A stretch of DNA of 64,000 nt, taken from contig OX638329.1 of the NCBI GenBank assembly GCA_951812755.1, positions 293,339-357,338 on the forward strand, written 5' to 3'. Each line of letters opens with the position of its first letter. Position 1 is the stretch's first letter. This document shows positions 46,211 through 56,290 of this stretch, piece after piece. Origin of the DNA: an uncultured Latescibacterota bacterium. GTDB taxonomy: Bacteria; Latescibacterota; UBA2968. The notes below the pieces were generated by a model that was not told the origin of the DNA, ran no database searches, and saw only the letters and a program-made list of their open reading frames with translations. The position numbers and the translations under genes are program-made.

Positions 46211-46984
46211 TCAATGAACCAGCTTGATACCCCATTCAACACACCGCGTCTCGACTTCATTAAGTGGTGCCATGGTTACGATCACGCCATCAACTGTTTT
46301 ATCGGGGTGCAATGTCCGCATCAACGCCACTTTATCGGCAAAGCGATCCACATCTTCCACCTCGCAAACAGACTTCACCTCAAACACCAGTAAAGTGCTA
46401 TTATAGACCAGAATATCGACTTCATAGCGGCGCCCTGAAGGGCCGATCATGCCATCCACATCCTCCAGGGGCTGTCGCAAACGAACATTTTCAGATAAAA
46501 TATCGTCCCGCCCAAGTACCAATCTCATCGTGCCCGCAACAACATCCTCCAATTTTCTTCCTGACCGCGTTTGGAAACGTCCCACGATCATTTCGACCCA
46601 ATCTCTCAGATCGGAAAACCGCTGATCCATCTGGTCAAAACGTCCATCAATTTTCTCAAACCGCTCATTGACTTCCGAATGAAATGTGTCAAATTCGCCT
46701 CGAAATGAACTCAATTCATCTTCGACTTTCTCAAATCGTTCATCGACTTTCTCAAATCGTTCATCGACTTTCTCAAACTGTTCATCATTTCTCAAACGAA
46801 ATGTGTCAAATTCGCCCCGAAAATCGCGCAGTTCAGAAAGCACGGCTGCTACTTCTTCCTTCGAGGCAAAAGTCCGCATAAAAGCCGTATAGATTCGTTG
46901 TTCCATCTCTGGATGCCGCGCAAGCAAAGCCGGCAATTGTTTCTCAAGCGTCTCTAACAGTTCTTCATCTGTCAACAGGGCCAT
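46211..46984 (-). CDS. Coiled-coil protein with an ERFEKVD heptad-like repeat and a possible C-terminal PD-(D/E)XK-like domain (DUF3782-like)
   Basis: The 21-bp tandem unit TTCATCGACTTTCTCAAATCG (46716-46800) and a nested duplication of about 120 bp encode ..EQFEKVDERFEKVDERFEKVEDE.. plus a duplicated GEFDTF. The C-terminus reads ..YEVDILVYNSTLLVFEVKS... Confidence 0.4.
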   Translation of the reverse strand: MALLTDEELLETLEKQLPALLARHPEMEQRIYTAFMRTFASKEEVAAVLSELRDFRGEFDTFRLRNDEQFEKVDERFEKVDERFEKVEDELSSFRGEFDTFHSEVNERFEKIDGRFDQMDQRFSDLRDWVEMIVGRFQTRSGRKLEDVVAGTMRLVLGRDDILSENVRLRQPLEDVDGMIGPSGRRYEVDILVYNSTLLVFEVKSVCEVEDVDRFADKVALMRTLHPDKTVDGVIVTMAPLNEVETRCVEWGIKLVH

Positions 46985-47101
46985 CTCTCATTCCTCACTG
47001 GTGGACCACCAAGCTCAGTTTCCAGCTAATCATCTTAATCATCTATCGAGAAATATAACCACCTACCACCCGTTCCACAACCCCAAGCATGTACTGTAGT
47101 C

Positions 47102-47134
47102 ATGAAAGCCGTCATCGCGGCATGATGTTGAGCC
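47102..47134. repeat. REP-like palindromic element, copy 4 (reverse orientation)
   Basis: The reverse complement reads ggatcgcggctcaacatcatgccgcgatgacgg. Confidence 0.7.
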
Positions 47135-47159
47135 GCGATCCAGTGTCTGCTATTTCCAT

Positions 47160-50100
47160 CTATTCCGCAATATCAATAATGGCGATGTTCACAACAACAC
47201 TCACCTGCCCACCCTTACCATCGCTTACGCGCACAATCGGAGAATACCAGTTCCGCTCCTCAAAATTATACGCCTCTTTCGTCGCAAGCTGTCCTGTACT
47301 CGCATCTATCGCAAAATAATCGGCATCTACTCCCCACAGACTATACGTGAGAGATTCACCATCGGCACCCGTCGCTGAGACCGGGTCGCCTATCGCCTGT
47401 CCCGATGCCGTGTTCTCCTCCACAAAGCGCAGCACAGGACGCTCTGAAGTGAAAACCGGCACATGGCTCACCACTTTGCCAAAGTGATCGACAAAGATCA
47501 GAAAATCGGGGATCCCTATCTCATTGTTAATATCCAGATCGTATCTTGCCTCATACCGATCCTGACCCACCCTTAACCCGAACACATCCACAAAGAGCAA
47601 AAAGTCCGGAATATCTACGGTCCCATTCCCATTAAAATCCGGAGAAAGTCCTGTAACCGATAAACCAGGAGAAGACCCCTGTAAGGCAACGCCGAGGAAC
47701 ATCGGTATGGTCTCAGACTGTCCCCCTTGCAACAGCTTAACACGCACCATCCGGATCTCTGTCTCTGAAAACGCATCCGTCGTGCGAAAACGCACCGTCC
47801 CTACAAGACTACTATCCTCCCTTGTTTCTCTTAACGTCATCCCAAGAGTCACAAAACCCTTGCCACCAAGCGCAGACGTACCAGATAAAACAGAACCCAT
47901 CTTAAAGCCTTCATACACCACCTGCGTCCCATCGTATTCAAAGCGCACGGAAAGATCGTTTACTGGAATAGCTTTAAGACCCTTGCCGAAAATCTGGATA
48001 GATGCACTGCCCCCATCAGGAGAAACACCGAGAAAGGACGCGAACTGCTCGCCTTCTGCATCATCCATATCCAGAGAAAAAGAAAAACCATCTTGCGAAA
48101 TGAGCGTACTGGTCTGCACCATACCCTGTTCCGACCACTCGCCATCACCCGTAGAATTGCTCGCCCGGATCTGCACCTCGTATTCGGTATCGGGACTCAG
48201 CCCCAGGATGATGACTCTTGTCCCCCTGACATCTTGTGGACCGTCGATAAACTCATCGGTGCCAACCTGTCGATAGCGCAAGTCATAGTTCGAGATGACC
48301 ACTCTGTCGCCAGTCGGCTTCTGCCAATTTACGACCATACTGGTTGCCAATGCCCTTGGCACCACAGGCGCGTCAGGTGCTGGCGGAGGGGGTGGAGGGG
48401 GTGGAGGGGGCGGCGGAGGCGGTGGTGGCAATGGTCGTGGTGTTGGTGTTGGCGTTGGCGTTGGCGTCGGTGTTGGTGTTGGTGTTGGCGTTGGCGTTGG
48501 CGTCGGTGTTGGTGTTGGTGTTGGCGTTGGTCTCACTGGCCGCGGGACACCGCTGAAGACCCAGGGACGCGCCTGCTTGATCGCCAGGATATTCGCGCTG
48601 GTGATCTTGAACTCGATCTCCATGGCGAAGGGACTGGCATTGTACAGCCCCGCGAAGTGGTTATGGATCACGTCAAGATGTTCTCTTAACTGACGCAGTT
48701 GGCCGTCGCTCATGAGGAGTTGCCCTGGCGGCACCTGGTTGGAGGTCGAAATGACGGTGTAAGGGAGAGAAAAAATATCCGGTTGCAACAGGATTTCCTC
48801 TGGCTTTGAGTGCGCCTCGGGATTGGTGACCAGGTCCTCGCCGATCTGCGTGTTGACGTAGTAGAGTCCGCTTCTGCCGGAGAAGGGGTCAAAGCTGACG
48901 GCCACGCCGTTGGCCAGTTCGTCCTGATAGCTCGGATGGACCAGGATGCCCATCGCGGCGGCCCGATGATCGATGCGATAAAAGTCGCGTTCGACGAAGG
49001 CGCGGAAGTTCCACAGGCTGGCGTACACTTCCTTGAGCGACTTGGCAAGGTCATCCGCGTCCTCGATGGGCCTCTGGCTCTTAGAGTCATAAAGCCCCGC
49101 ACCGTTGAACCCGGGCAGGTCCTCGTTGTTAGTGCTGGAACGGTAACGCCGGTTGATGCCCGCGGGGAACCCCTTATTCATCTCCACGATCGCGTCAATG
49201 ATCCACTGGGGGGTCTCCGCGTCCTCAATGGCTTTGCGTAGTTTCTTGAGCGAATCCGCCTGTGCATCGAAGTTCGTCTGGAAATCGTGATCCTTCATCA
49301 TGGTCTCAATTCGGATGTAGAACCCGTTGTGTTTCATGAACTCGTCGTAGAAATAGAACGGGATCGCAAATCCGTCGGGCACCGTCCCCGCCGGGAAACC
49401 CAGAGTCCCCAGTACCGCCACGTTGGCCGCCTTGACGCCGAATGCGTCCCAGTCCTCGAAGCCGATCTCACTGAGCGGGGTGATCGACGTGACCGAGAGG
49501 TCCCGTTGCGGGGTCTGTTTGTGGGCAGGCCGGGAAGACTCATAGTGGGCATCGACTTCCGCGGGCGTAGCGGCGCGCAGCGTGTAGCTGCCCTCGGTCA
49601 CTTCGTACCGTACGTAGCGGCCGATGAGAGGCCCAATGGTGGGATGATCGTCAAGGGCGGTGGGGATAAAGGCGTTGGGAATACCGTCCTGAATGGCGCG
49701 CAGGTTGACGTGTGACAGCGGCGTTTGGAACACGGTGGTGACGATGCCGGCGACACGGGGCAACTCGTTGGGCAGCGCCTCGTAGATCACCACGTCGCGC
49801 GGGTGGGGCCGCTCGTCCAGTCCCATAACCCGCAGCCGGCCAACCCCTTCCCCCTGGTTCAACGCCAAGAAGCCGGTTTTGGGAGAGATGTCTTCGTTGA
49901 ACACGAGGGAAACGCGGGATGCTCGCAAGAGCGGCAAAGAGGACTGGTAAGACTGAAGCTGCACGTTACCTATGTGAAGGGCCAGGTTGTCCTCGATCAG
50001 CGGCATGCTGGCGGCGAGAACTGTATAGGTGAGGGCCACCATGTTGAAGCTGAAGGAGTTATCGGCTGGGGATAGCTTGTAACGGTACATTCCCGGGCTA

Positions 50101-50786
50101 CCGTCGGGGGCGGCCTGTTCTGGATCATATTCGATATCACCCCGGACCACCCTGATGTCTATTTCGATATCTGCGGCATCCAGGAATGAGTGATGGTAGG
50201 GGTGCGTCTCGGCGTTCAGAAAGTAAACACGCGGGCGGGCGGTGTCCCTGTCGAGCAGCAGGAACTTGGTGTGCTTCCGGTAGTACGCAAGTGTCCCGAA
50301 TACTTCCTGATTCGGAAGGACCACGGCGCCGTCGTTGAGGTCGATGCTGCCGGCAGGGTTCACCGGGTTCTTGCCCACCGGGTCCCCGAGTTCAGTGACA
50401 TCGTCGATGCAATCGCCATCGACGTCGGCCGGATCGGAAATGAGATACTTCTCCACCCGGTAGCGCTCCTTCGGCAACGCCTCCACGTTCTCGGACAGCG
50501 TGGTCGAGCCTGCTTCACCCAACTTCACCAGGACCGGCAAATCCATCTCTGTGCCATTTACATCGTGCTTCACATACAGCACGAAGTACTCATCCGTCGT
50601 AGATGTGACTACGATGGGAACTGCCGTCACCCCCACCGCCACGGGCGTCGGGTTATAACCACCTCCTTCACACGGATCTGCCAATGTCCGGAACGACGGA
50701 AAGAAACCCTGTCCTTTGACCGCGGTGATGAACAAACTTATGGACAGCACCGTCGCCGCAATGAACCGTACGCTTGTTAATGACAT
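47160..50786 (-). CDS. Large secreted multidomain protein. Signal peptide, D-rich Ca-binding-like region, a possible PEP-utilizing-enzyme mobile (His) domain-like segment, a PPDK_N-like ATP-grasp (PEP/pyruvate-binding) domain, a (PT)n/Pn linker, FN3, a dockerin-like repeat and a cadherin-like C-terminus.
   Basis: FGVKAANVAVLGTLGFPAGTVPDGFAIPF and RYRSSTNNEDLPGFNGAGLYDS match the two hallmark motifs of PF01326 (GGKaanL..., vAVRSSAtaEDlp.aSFAGq). ..ILAIKQARP closes that domain. TPLSHVNLRAIQDGIP resembles the PEP-utilizers phospho-His motif. The linker is (PT)14 then P17. The C-terminal 400 aa are paralogous to gene 1-1900. Confidence 0.75.
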   Translation of the reverse strand: MSLTSVRFIAATVLSISLFITAVKGQGFFPSFRTLADPCEGGGYNPTPVAVGVTAVPIVVTSTTDEYFVLYVKHDVNGTEMDLPVLVKLGEAGSTTLSENVEALPKERYRVEKYLISDPADVDGDCIDDVTELGDPVGKNPVNPAGSIDLNDGAVVLPNQEVFGTLAYYRKHTKFLLLDRDTARPRVYFLNAETHPYHHSFLDAADIEIDIRVVRGDIEYDPEQAAPDGSPGMYRYKLSPADNSFSFNMVALTYTVLAASMPLIEDNLALHIGNVQLQSYQSSLPLLRASRVSLVFNEDISPKTGFLALNQGEGVGRLRVMGLDERPHPRDVVIYEALPNELPRVAGIVTTVFQTPLSHVNLRAIQDGIPNAFIPTALDDHPTIGPLIGRYVRYEVTEGSYTLRAATPAEVDAHYESSRPAHKQTPQRDLSVTSITPLSEIGFEDWDAFGVKAANVAVLGTLGFPAGTVPDGFAIPFYFYDEFMKHNGFYIRIETMMKDHDFQTNFDAQADSLKKLRKAIEDAETPQWIIDAIVEMNKGFPAGINRRYRSSTNNEDLPGFNGAGLYDSKSQRPIEDADDLAKSLKEVYASLWNFRAFVERDFYRIDHRAAAMGILVHPSYQDELANGVAVSFDPFSGRSGLYYVNTQIGEDLVTNPEAHSKPEEILLQPDIFSLPYTVISTSNQVPPGQLLMSDGQLRQLREHLDVIHNHFAGLYNASPFAMEIEFKITSANILAIKQARPWVFSGVPRPVRPTPTPTPTPTPTPTPTPTPTPTPTPTPTPTPRPLPPPPPPPPPPPPPPPPAPDAPVVPRALATSMVVNWQKPTGDRVVISNYDLRYRQVGTDEFIDGPQDVRGTRVIILGLSPDTEYEVQIRASNSTGDGEWSEQGMVQTSTLISQDGFSFSLDMDDAEGEQFASFLGVSPDGGSASIQIFGKGLKAIPVNDLSVRFEYDGTQVVYEGFKMGSVLSGTSALGGKGFVTLGMTLRETREDSSLVGTVRFRTTDAFSETEIRMVRVKLLQGGQSETIPMFLGVALQGSSPGLSVTGLSPDFNGNGTVDIPDFLLFVDVFGLRVGQDRYEARYDLDINNEIGIPDFLIFVDHFGKVVSHVPVFTSERPVLRFVEENTASGQAIGDPVSATGADGESLTYSLWGVDADYFAIDASTGQLATKEAYNFEERNWYSPIVRVSDGKGGQVSVVVNIAIIDIAE

Positions 50787-51042
50787 GCCACTTCCTCTAC
50801 TTTAGATAGTTAGGCGATTTTCTTTTTTCCAGACAAGAGAATAAAGAGAGGAAAAACGTTTGTATCAGATCACAAAATAAGGATACCCCCGGCACAAGTG
50901 TGGTGACCAGCGCGTCTTTCTGCGGATTGAATCCCTATTCTTTTACGATTGGTCAGATAATACAAACATTTGTTTTAAAAATATATAGTGATAAAAACGA
51001 ATGTCAAGAGAGGCTTCTATTGCTAAACTTTAGTGAGAAATA

Positions 51043-51080
51043 AAAAAACAGCCCCAACGCGGCAAGGCATTGGGGTTGCG
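51043..51080 (-). terminator. Rho-independent terminator for the fused MFS/spermidine synthase gene (hairpin then T7 on the minus strand)
   Basis: aaaaaaacagccccaacgcggcaaggcattggggttg on the plus strand. The minus-strand reading gives a ccccaa/ttgggg stem followed by TTTTTTT. Confidence 0.55.
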
Positions 51081-51132
51081 TGTGATGTAATATTGTATGC
51101 ACAGACCTCTGAAAAGTATTGCGAAATCATGC

Positions 51133-53976
51133 TCACGGAATTGGAATATTGAGATCAAACCTCTGGGCGAGCCACTGATAGTAGAAACGCTGTGCAGTGT
51201 CTTGCAGAATCTGGTCTTTCCATCCAGCGACAAGACGTTCGACCTCGGCAGTATCGCCGGCCATACACAGCGCGTAAAGATACAGGTAGCGTAGTGCCGG
51301 ATCGGCAGACTGAGCGCGCTGGTAATACTGTGCGGCAAGAGTATAGTCGCGCTCGACCAGCGCGCGCGCAGATAGATAGGGAAGATAGGGCGTTTCCGCA
51401 TCGCCCTTTTTCAAGCGGGTATCAACCGCATAGAGCAAATCGTCCTGAATCTGAAGATGCCACAGCGGGAGCGTCCGCAAATCGGTCTGCGTGAGAAGCG
51501 CGTGAAGCGTAGCGATGCGAGTGCCCTGATCATGTATTTCATCCGCCTGGGAAATTAGTGCAGCCTCGAGAAGGCGCTGTGCTTCAAAATAATCGAGCGT
51601 GCGCCTCCGCATGTCAGGAGGCCATGCATGGCGAATAAACGTGCTCTTTTCAAAACGCTCGCGGGTCAGCAGGGGATTCATCCACCGATCGTAAAATGTC
51701 CGATGGGGTTCGCGGTTGAAAAACCCCACAGAAAGGCGTTTGGGATAATTATCCACCAGCGGCGGGGTATCGCGCGTGAGCGCGTTGAGATGGTCCGCAT
51801 CAGACATAAAGAGCGCACCGAGTTGCTCGGGTTGCTCCAAACCGAGGGCGCGAAGTTCGGAACGCACGACAGGATCGCGCCACTGTCGGCTAAAAGAGAC
51901 CTCAGATGGGGAATAGGACGCATTGCGAGAGCCAGCGAGCATCCAGTTAAAACCCGCCCCAGCCCAAAGAGAGGCGTCCTCAAAAACATTGCAAAACGCG
52001 CGGATAATAGCTTTTGTATCCTCGGGCTTGAGATGGTGAACCGGGAGCCAGTACGTGCATAAGCCCCCTTCTGAGAGACGGTTGTAGATGAGCTGGAAAT
52101 ACTCCTGTGAATAGAGATTGACCACGCCGGCCTGCCTGGGCGGCGGGGGTTCACTGGTAATGAGATCGTAGCGGTTTTGCGTCGTCTGCAAAAAATAACG
52201 CCCATCGTCAATATGCACCCGCACCCGGGGATCCTGGAGCGGTTCTGTATCGGGATCGGGATAGACGATGCGATTCATCTCGAGCACATCGCGGGAAATA
52301 TCGACCACATCGATATGCTCGAGCGAGCGCGTATCCGTAAGCGCTTTGGCTGTAGAACCCACCCCAAAGCTGATCAACAGGGCATTTTTGAGATCGGGAT
52401 GAAGTGCGACGGGCCAGTACACATAGAGCTTCATATAGCGGCGATTGACCAGGCTGCTGGACGCCATCGAAAAGCCATCCGTGAGCATCTGGTACGCAAC
52501 TGGCACGCCAAAATAAGCACCTTCCAAATAGATGATCGTCTCCGTGCGCCCTTCGCGGGTACCGGCGATTTTCCATGTATCGGGATAGCCAAAGCGCCGC
52601 GCGACAAAGGTGAAGTACGCGTTCTCCATTCGGCCAAAGGGAAAAAGGATCAGAATCAAGAGATACGCGGCAAAGAGGACATAATACACCCGGTATTTCC
52701 GGCGCAGACCCGAAACGAGAAAAGCGACAACACCGTAGCAGACTGCCAGAACAAAGGTGGCGATTTCCATACCCAAAAGCGGCAACAATCCAAAACCCGC
52801 AATAAGCGCACCCAGACCAGCACCAATGGTATTGGCGAGCGTGAGCAAGCCAGCGGCCCGGGTATCGGGCTGGATGTGGCGGCTGAGCGCGGCACCGGTG
52901 AAGGTAAACAGAATACCCGAGAGAAGAGATACGGGAAACATCAGAGCCAGAGATAGCGTCAGGATTTGCGATATGTTGCCAATATACCCCGTGCCAAAAG
53001 GCGTCACCACATAGACAAAGATCAGGTAAGTGACAACGGTGAGCATCCCTGAACCGAGGGCGAGGGCGGGAAGCACGCGAAATGCCCCGGCATGGCGGCG
53101 CAACCACCGGGCGGCCAACCCACCGCCCACACCAATACCCGTGAGCACCACAGACAGCATCACGGCAAAAGCAAGCGTAGTCGCCGGCACAAAAAGGTGG
53201 AGGAAACGGAACCAGACCACCTCCAGAGCCAGAAGAACAGCCCCCGAAAGAAAAGCAGCACCCAACAAGCACCAGGTCCGGAAGGTCGGTCGCCCGTCCA
53301 ATTTTGGGGAAAGAGCCTCGCGCGAACCAGAGAAATAGCGCGCAATACCGAAAGCACCCCCAGCGGCGATGAGATCCAACAGCGCGGCGACCCATGCCGT
53401 GCCCAGAACACCGACCCATTCAATGATGACAACCTCTCCCGCAACCGCACCGACCACGGCACCCAGCGTATTACACGCATAGAGCCGACCGAGCGCGATC
53501 CCAAAACCACCTCCATCGCCAGACACAGAAGCGTCATCTCGCACGCGCAATGCCCTGACCAGAATGGGCAGCGTAGCCCCCATCGCAGTCGTCGGCACGA
53601 TGAGAACGGCAAAACTCAGCAGCAAACGCAACGCGTTGAGCAACAGGGGTTGGTCGAGAAAAGATGCGAGAAAAGCAGACAGCCCCGCGGTAAGCGCTGG
53701 CAATATCCACACAATGACCACACCCGATAGGGCAATGGCGATTTCCAACAGTGCATAGACGCGCACAGGCCGTACAATTCGCCTGCCCAAACGAGCAGAT
53801 AGACCATTGCCCAGAGCCAAACCGCCCATAAATGCGGCCAGCACCAGACTGGATGCCGTAATACTATTGCCAAATGTAAGCCCTGCCTGGCGAAACCACA
53901 GGGTTTCAAACAGCAGCGCGGCTGCGCCCGAAAGAAAGAAAACAGCGTACAGGATAGGGGATAAAATACGAGTCAT
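51133..53976 (-). CDS. Fused MFS / spermidine-synthase-like membrane protein with a C-terminal TPR-like helical region
   Basis: Polytopic N-terminus. PABS-fold region (..LISFGVGSTAKAL..IDVVDI..). A C-terminal helical repeat domain. The start is probably the internal ATG (complement 53974-53976, MTRILSPILYAVFFLSG). Confidence 0.65.
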   Translation of the reverse strand: MTRILSPILYAVFFLSGAAALLFETLWFRQAGLTFGNSITASSLVLAAFMGGLALGNGLSARLGRRIVRPVRVYALLEIAIALSGVVIVWILPALTAGLSAFLASFLDQPLLLNALRLLLSFAVLIVPTTAMGATLPILVRALRVRDDASVSGDGGGFGIALGRLYACNTLGAVVGAVAGEVVIIEWVGVLGTAWVAALLDLIAAGGAFGIARYFSGSREALSPKLDGRPTFRTWCLLGAAFLSGAVLLALEVVWFRFLHLFVPATTLAFAVMLSVVLTGIGVGGGLAARWLRRHAGAFRVLPALALGSGMLTVVTYLIFVYVVTPFGTGYIGNISQILTLSLALMFPVSLLSGILFTFTGAALSRHIQPDTRAAGLLTLANTIGAGLGALIAGFGLLPLLGMEIATFVLAVCYGVVAFLVSGLRRKYRVYYVLFAAYLLILILFPFGRMENAYFTFVARRFGYPDTWKIAGTREGRTETIIYLEGAYFGVPVAYQMLTDGFSMASSSLVNRRYMKLYVYWPVALHPDLKNALLISFGVGSTAKALTDTRSLEHIDVVDISRDVLEMNRIVYPDPDTEPLQDPRVRVHIDDGRYFLQTTQNRYDLITSEPPPPRQAGVVNLYSQEYFQLIYNRLSEGGLCTYWLPVHHLKPEDTKAIIRAFCNVFEDASLWAGAGFNWMLAGSRNASYSPSEVSFSRQWRDPVVRSELRALGLEQPEQLGALFMSDADHLNALTRDTPPLVDNYPKRLSVGFFNREPHRTFYDRWMNPLLTRERFEKSTFIRHAWPPDMRRRTLDYFEAQRLLEAALISQADEIHDQGTRIATLHALLTQTDLRTLPLWHLQIQDDLLYAVDTRLKKGDAETPYLPYLSARALVERDYTLAAQYYQRAQSADPALRYLYLYALCMAGDTAEVERLVAGWKDQILQDTAQRFYYQWLAQRFDLNIPIP

Positions 53977-54380
53977 GAATTTTACAATGATATTGTGATT
54001 TGTGTAGGGGACGGTCCCTGTGCCGTCCGTCAAACAACGCGTTTCCAAACATTCTGTCAAGGGCTATCCGTTCAAATGTTAGCACCAAAATATCCTTGCA
54101 CGACTTCCTATAACTGCATACCTTGATGCAAAAGCCGCGTGAACACCTCCGCGAATGATATTTCTTTTGGCACGCTCGTCCTCGACATATTTGTGTCGTG
54201 TGGTGCTGCGTGCCTTTCTCTAGTTCATCGCGGCAAAAGAGACTACCCATATCAATCTTACTTGCGATTGTCATTGCGGCATGGTTTTAGCCGCAATCCA
54301 GAAGGTTTTGCTGTTCACTTCTATATGTCGCAAGACTTACGCCACGATGCACTAGTACTAATGCCATTGGAAACCCTGCT

Positions 54381-54881
54381 ATGAATAATGTGTGGGCAGT
54401 ACCCGAACCACTTTCGACATGCGAAGTCCAGCTCGACGAGGATACTGTCACCATTCTGCGCCGACATGGGAACCCCGCAGGACCCCGCCTCGTTCTGAGC
54501 CACGGCAATGGCCTCGCAAGCGATCTCTACTATCCTTTCTGGTCACTGCTCGCCGATGACTTCGACCTCATCATCTTCGACCTCAGGAACCACGGCTGGA
54601 ATACCATTGGCCCACGCGCAAATCACAATGTTCCAACGCTGGTCCGCGACCATCTCTGTATTTTTGAAGCCATTGATCAACACTACGAAAACAAACCAAA
54701 AACCGGTATATTTCACTCTGCTTCAGGACTGATAACACTCCTATCACTAACGACTATGGCAGACCTCGGGCCATCTGCCCAAAGCGGCCACTTATCCGCG
54801 ATGATACTATTCGATCCCCCCCTGTGCAAGCCCGGCAATAGCCAGATAGAATTTGATGAAGCAGCCGAATACGCAGCCTGA
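54381..54881 (+). pseudogene. Truncated alpha/beta-hydrolase-fold protein (N-terminal about 60% only)
   Basis: HGNGLASDLY..FDLRNHG and the nucleophile elbow HSASG are present. The expected C-terminal Asp/His segment is missing, and 166 aa is too short for the fold. Confidence 0.45.
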
Positions 54882-55041
54882 GTTGAGATAGTCCGGGAAT
54901 TTCTCGAGAGTAGCCACCTGCTGTAAAATCCATGCAAACAGGAAAAATTGTAGGGGTGGCGTCCCCGTATAAAAGCATTACGGGGCAGGCCCCGTGCCCG
55001 CCCGTCCTGGAAAAACCCGTCCGAACATGGAGGATTAAATC

Positions 55042-56273
55042 ATGAAACCGGACAAATCTTTCGGTCCTTCCGTATCAGATGTCGGCCATCTGGAGTCGGC
55101 AGCGGGCGTGGCCGGGTTAATCAAAGCAGCACTGGTACTGAAGCGGGGTGTGATTCCAAAGCACCTCCATTTCCAGAATCCCAACCCGAGTCTCGACTGG
55201 GACCGTCTGCCATTACAGGTGACATCGTCGATGATGGACTTGCCGCACCGTCCCGGGCGGCCACGACTCGCGGGGGTGAACTCCTTCGGAATATCCGGGA
55301 CAAACGCCCACATTGTGTTGGAAGAATACCGCGCCCCGGACGGTACGTCCGTTGGCTCTGGAAAATCGGTGACGATTTCGCTGCCGGCGACCATTGGGGA
55401 TCTACCGCTGCCGGAGCAAGAGGTCCAGCCGCGCCAGACCCGTCTCCTTCCGCTGTCGGGAAAATCCGATGGAGCACTTCGGGACCTGGGGAGGCGATAC
55501 TTGCGGACATGACGTGGACAGCAGGTGTGGGTCGGAGCCATTTTGCACACCGGGCAGGCGTCGTATTCAGCGATGCTTCGTCGCTGCGCGAAGGCCTGCG
55601 CGCACTTGCAGAGAACGGCATGGGACCTGCATCGCAAACACCCTCCAAAGTGGCGTTCGCCTACACCGGACAGGGAAGTCAGTGGGTCGGCATGGGACAA
55701 GTGCTCTACGAGAGCGAGCCAGTGGCGCGGGCGGTTCTGGACCGCTGTGAAGCGGTCCTTCTTCGGGAAAGAGGGACCTCGCTGCTGGACGTGATGTTCG
55801 GGAGGTCCGGAGAAGACCTTGGCGACACGGCATGGGAGCAGCCAGCCCTCTATGCGCTGGGTTGCACACTGACAGCGCTCTGGTCAAGCGTCGGCATCTG
55901 CCCCGACGTAGTCGTCGGACACAGCATTGGGGAACTCGCCGCGGCGCAGGCGGCAGGCGTATTCAGTCTCGAGGATGGAATGCGGTTCGCCGCCTTACGG
56001 GGCGCGCTGATGTCGCAGATGGAAGAGGGCGGCATGGCTGCGGTCTTCGCACTGGCCGAGCGCGTGGCATCAGCGGTGGAGGAGGTGAACGCGGCCTCCA
56101 CCGACGCTGGGCTGAGCATCTCGGGGTACAACGGTAACCACCAGGTGGTCAGCGGCCCGATTGCGGGAATTGAAGCGATTTCAAAGCGATTCGACCTGGA
56201 GGGCGTGCGGGTCAGGCAGCTCCCGCTCACCCTCCCAAAATCAGTGTTGCCATTCGTCTATTCGTCTGTCTAA
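55042..56273 (+). pseudogene. Remnant of a modular type I polyketide synthase: the C-terminal part of the KS domain, the KS-AT linker and the N-terminal half of the AT domain. One frameshift near 55505. Truncated at both ends.
   Basis: GHLESAAGVAGLIKAALVLKRGVIPKHLHFQNPNP...AGVNSFGISGTNAHIVLEE (KS C-terminus). LPLSGKSDGALRDLGRRYL (linker). Then in the next frame VAFAYTGQGSQWVGMG (the GQGSQ motif) and VVGHSIGELAAAQAAGV (GHSxG). It stops before the AT C-terminal motifs. Confidence 0.75.
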
Positions 56274-56290
56274 ATCCAAAGAGGAATATT

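Noticed and set aside
48093-48693. Plus-strand ORFs 48093..48689, 48295..48693 and 48344..48556 with RWRW/GVGV repeats
   Set aside because: Antisense or out-of-frame translation of the (PT)n/Pn linker region of the minus-strand gene 47160-50786.
54990-55040. G-rich hairpins (ggggtggcgtccccgtataaaagcattacgggg...) upstream of the PKS fragment, as a possible IS end, intron or REP
   Set aside because: Only short imperfect stems with no recognisable terminal inverted repeats or matching second copy in the window. Mentioned under the PKS-remnant finding only.
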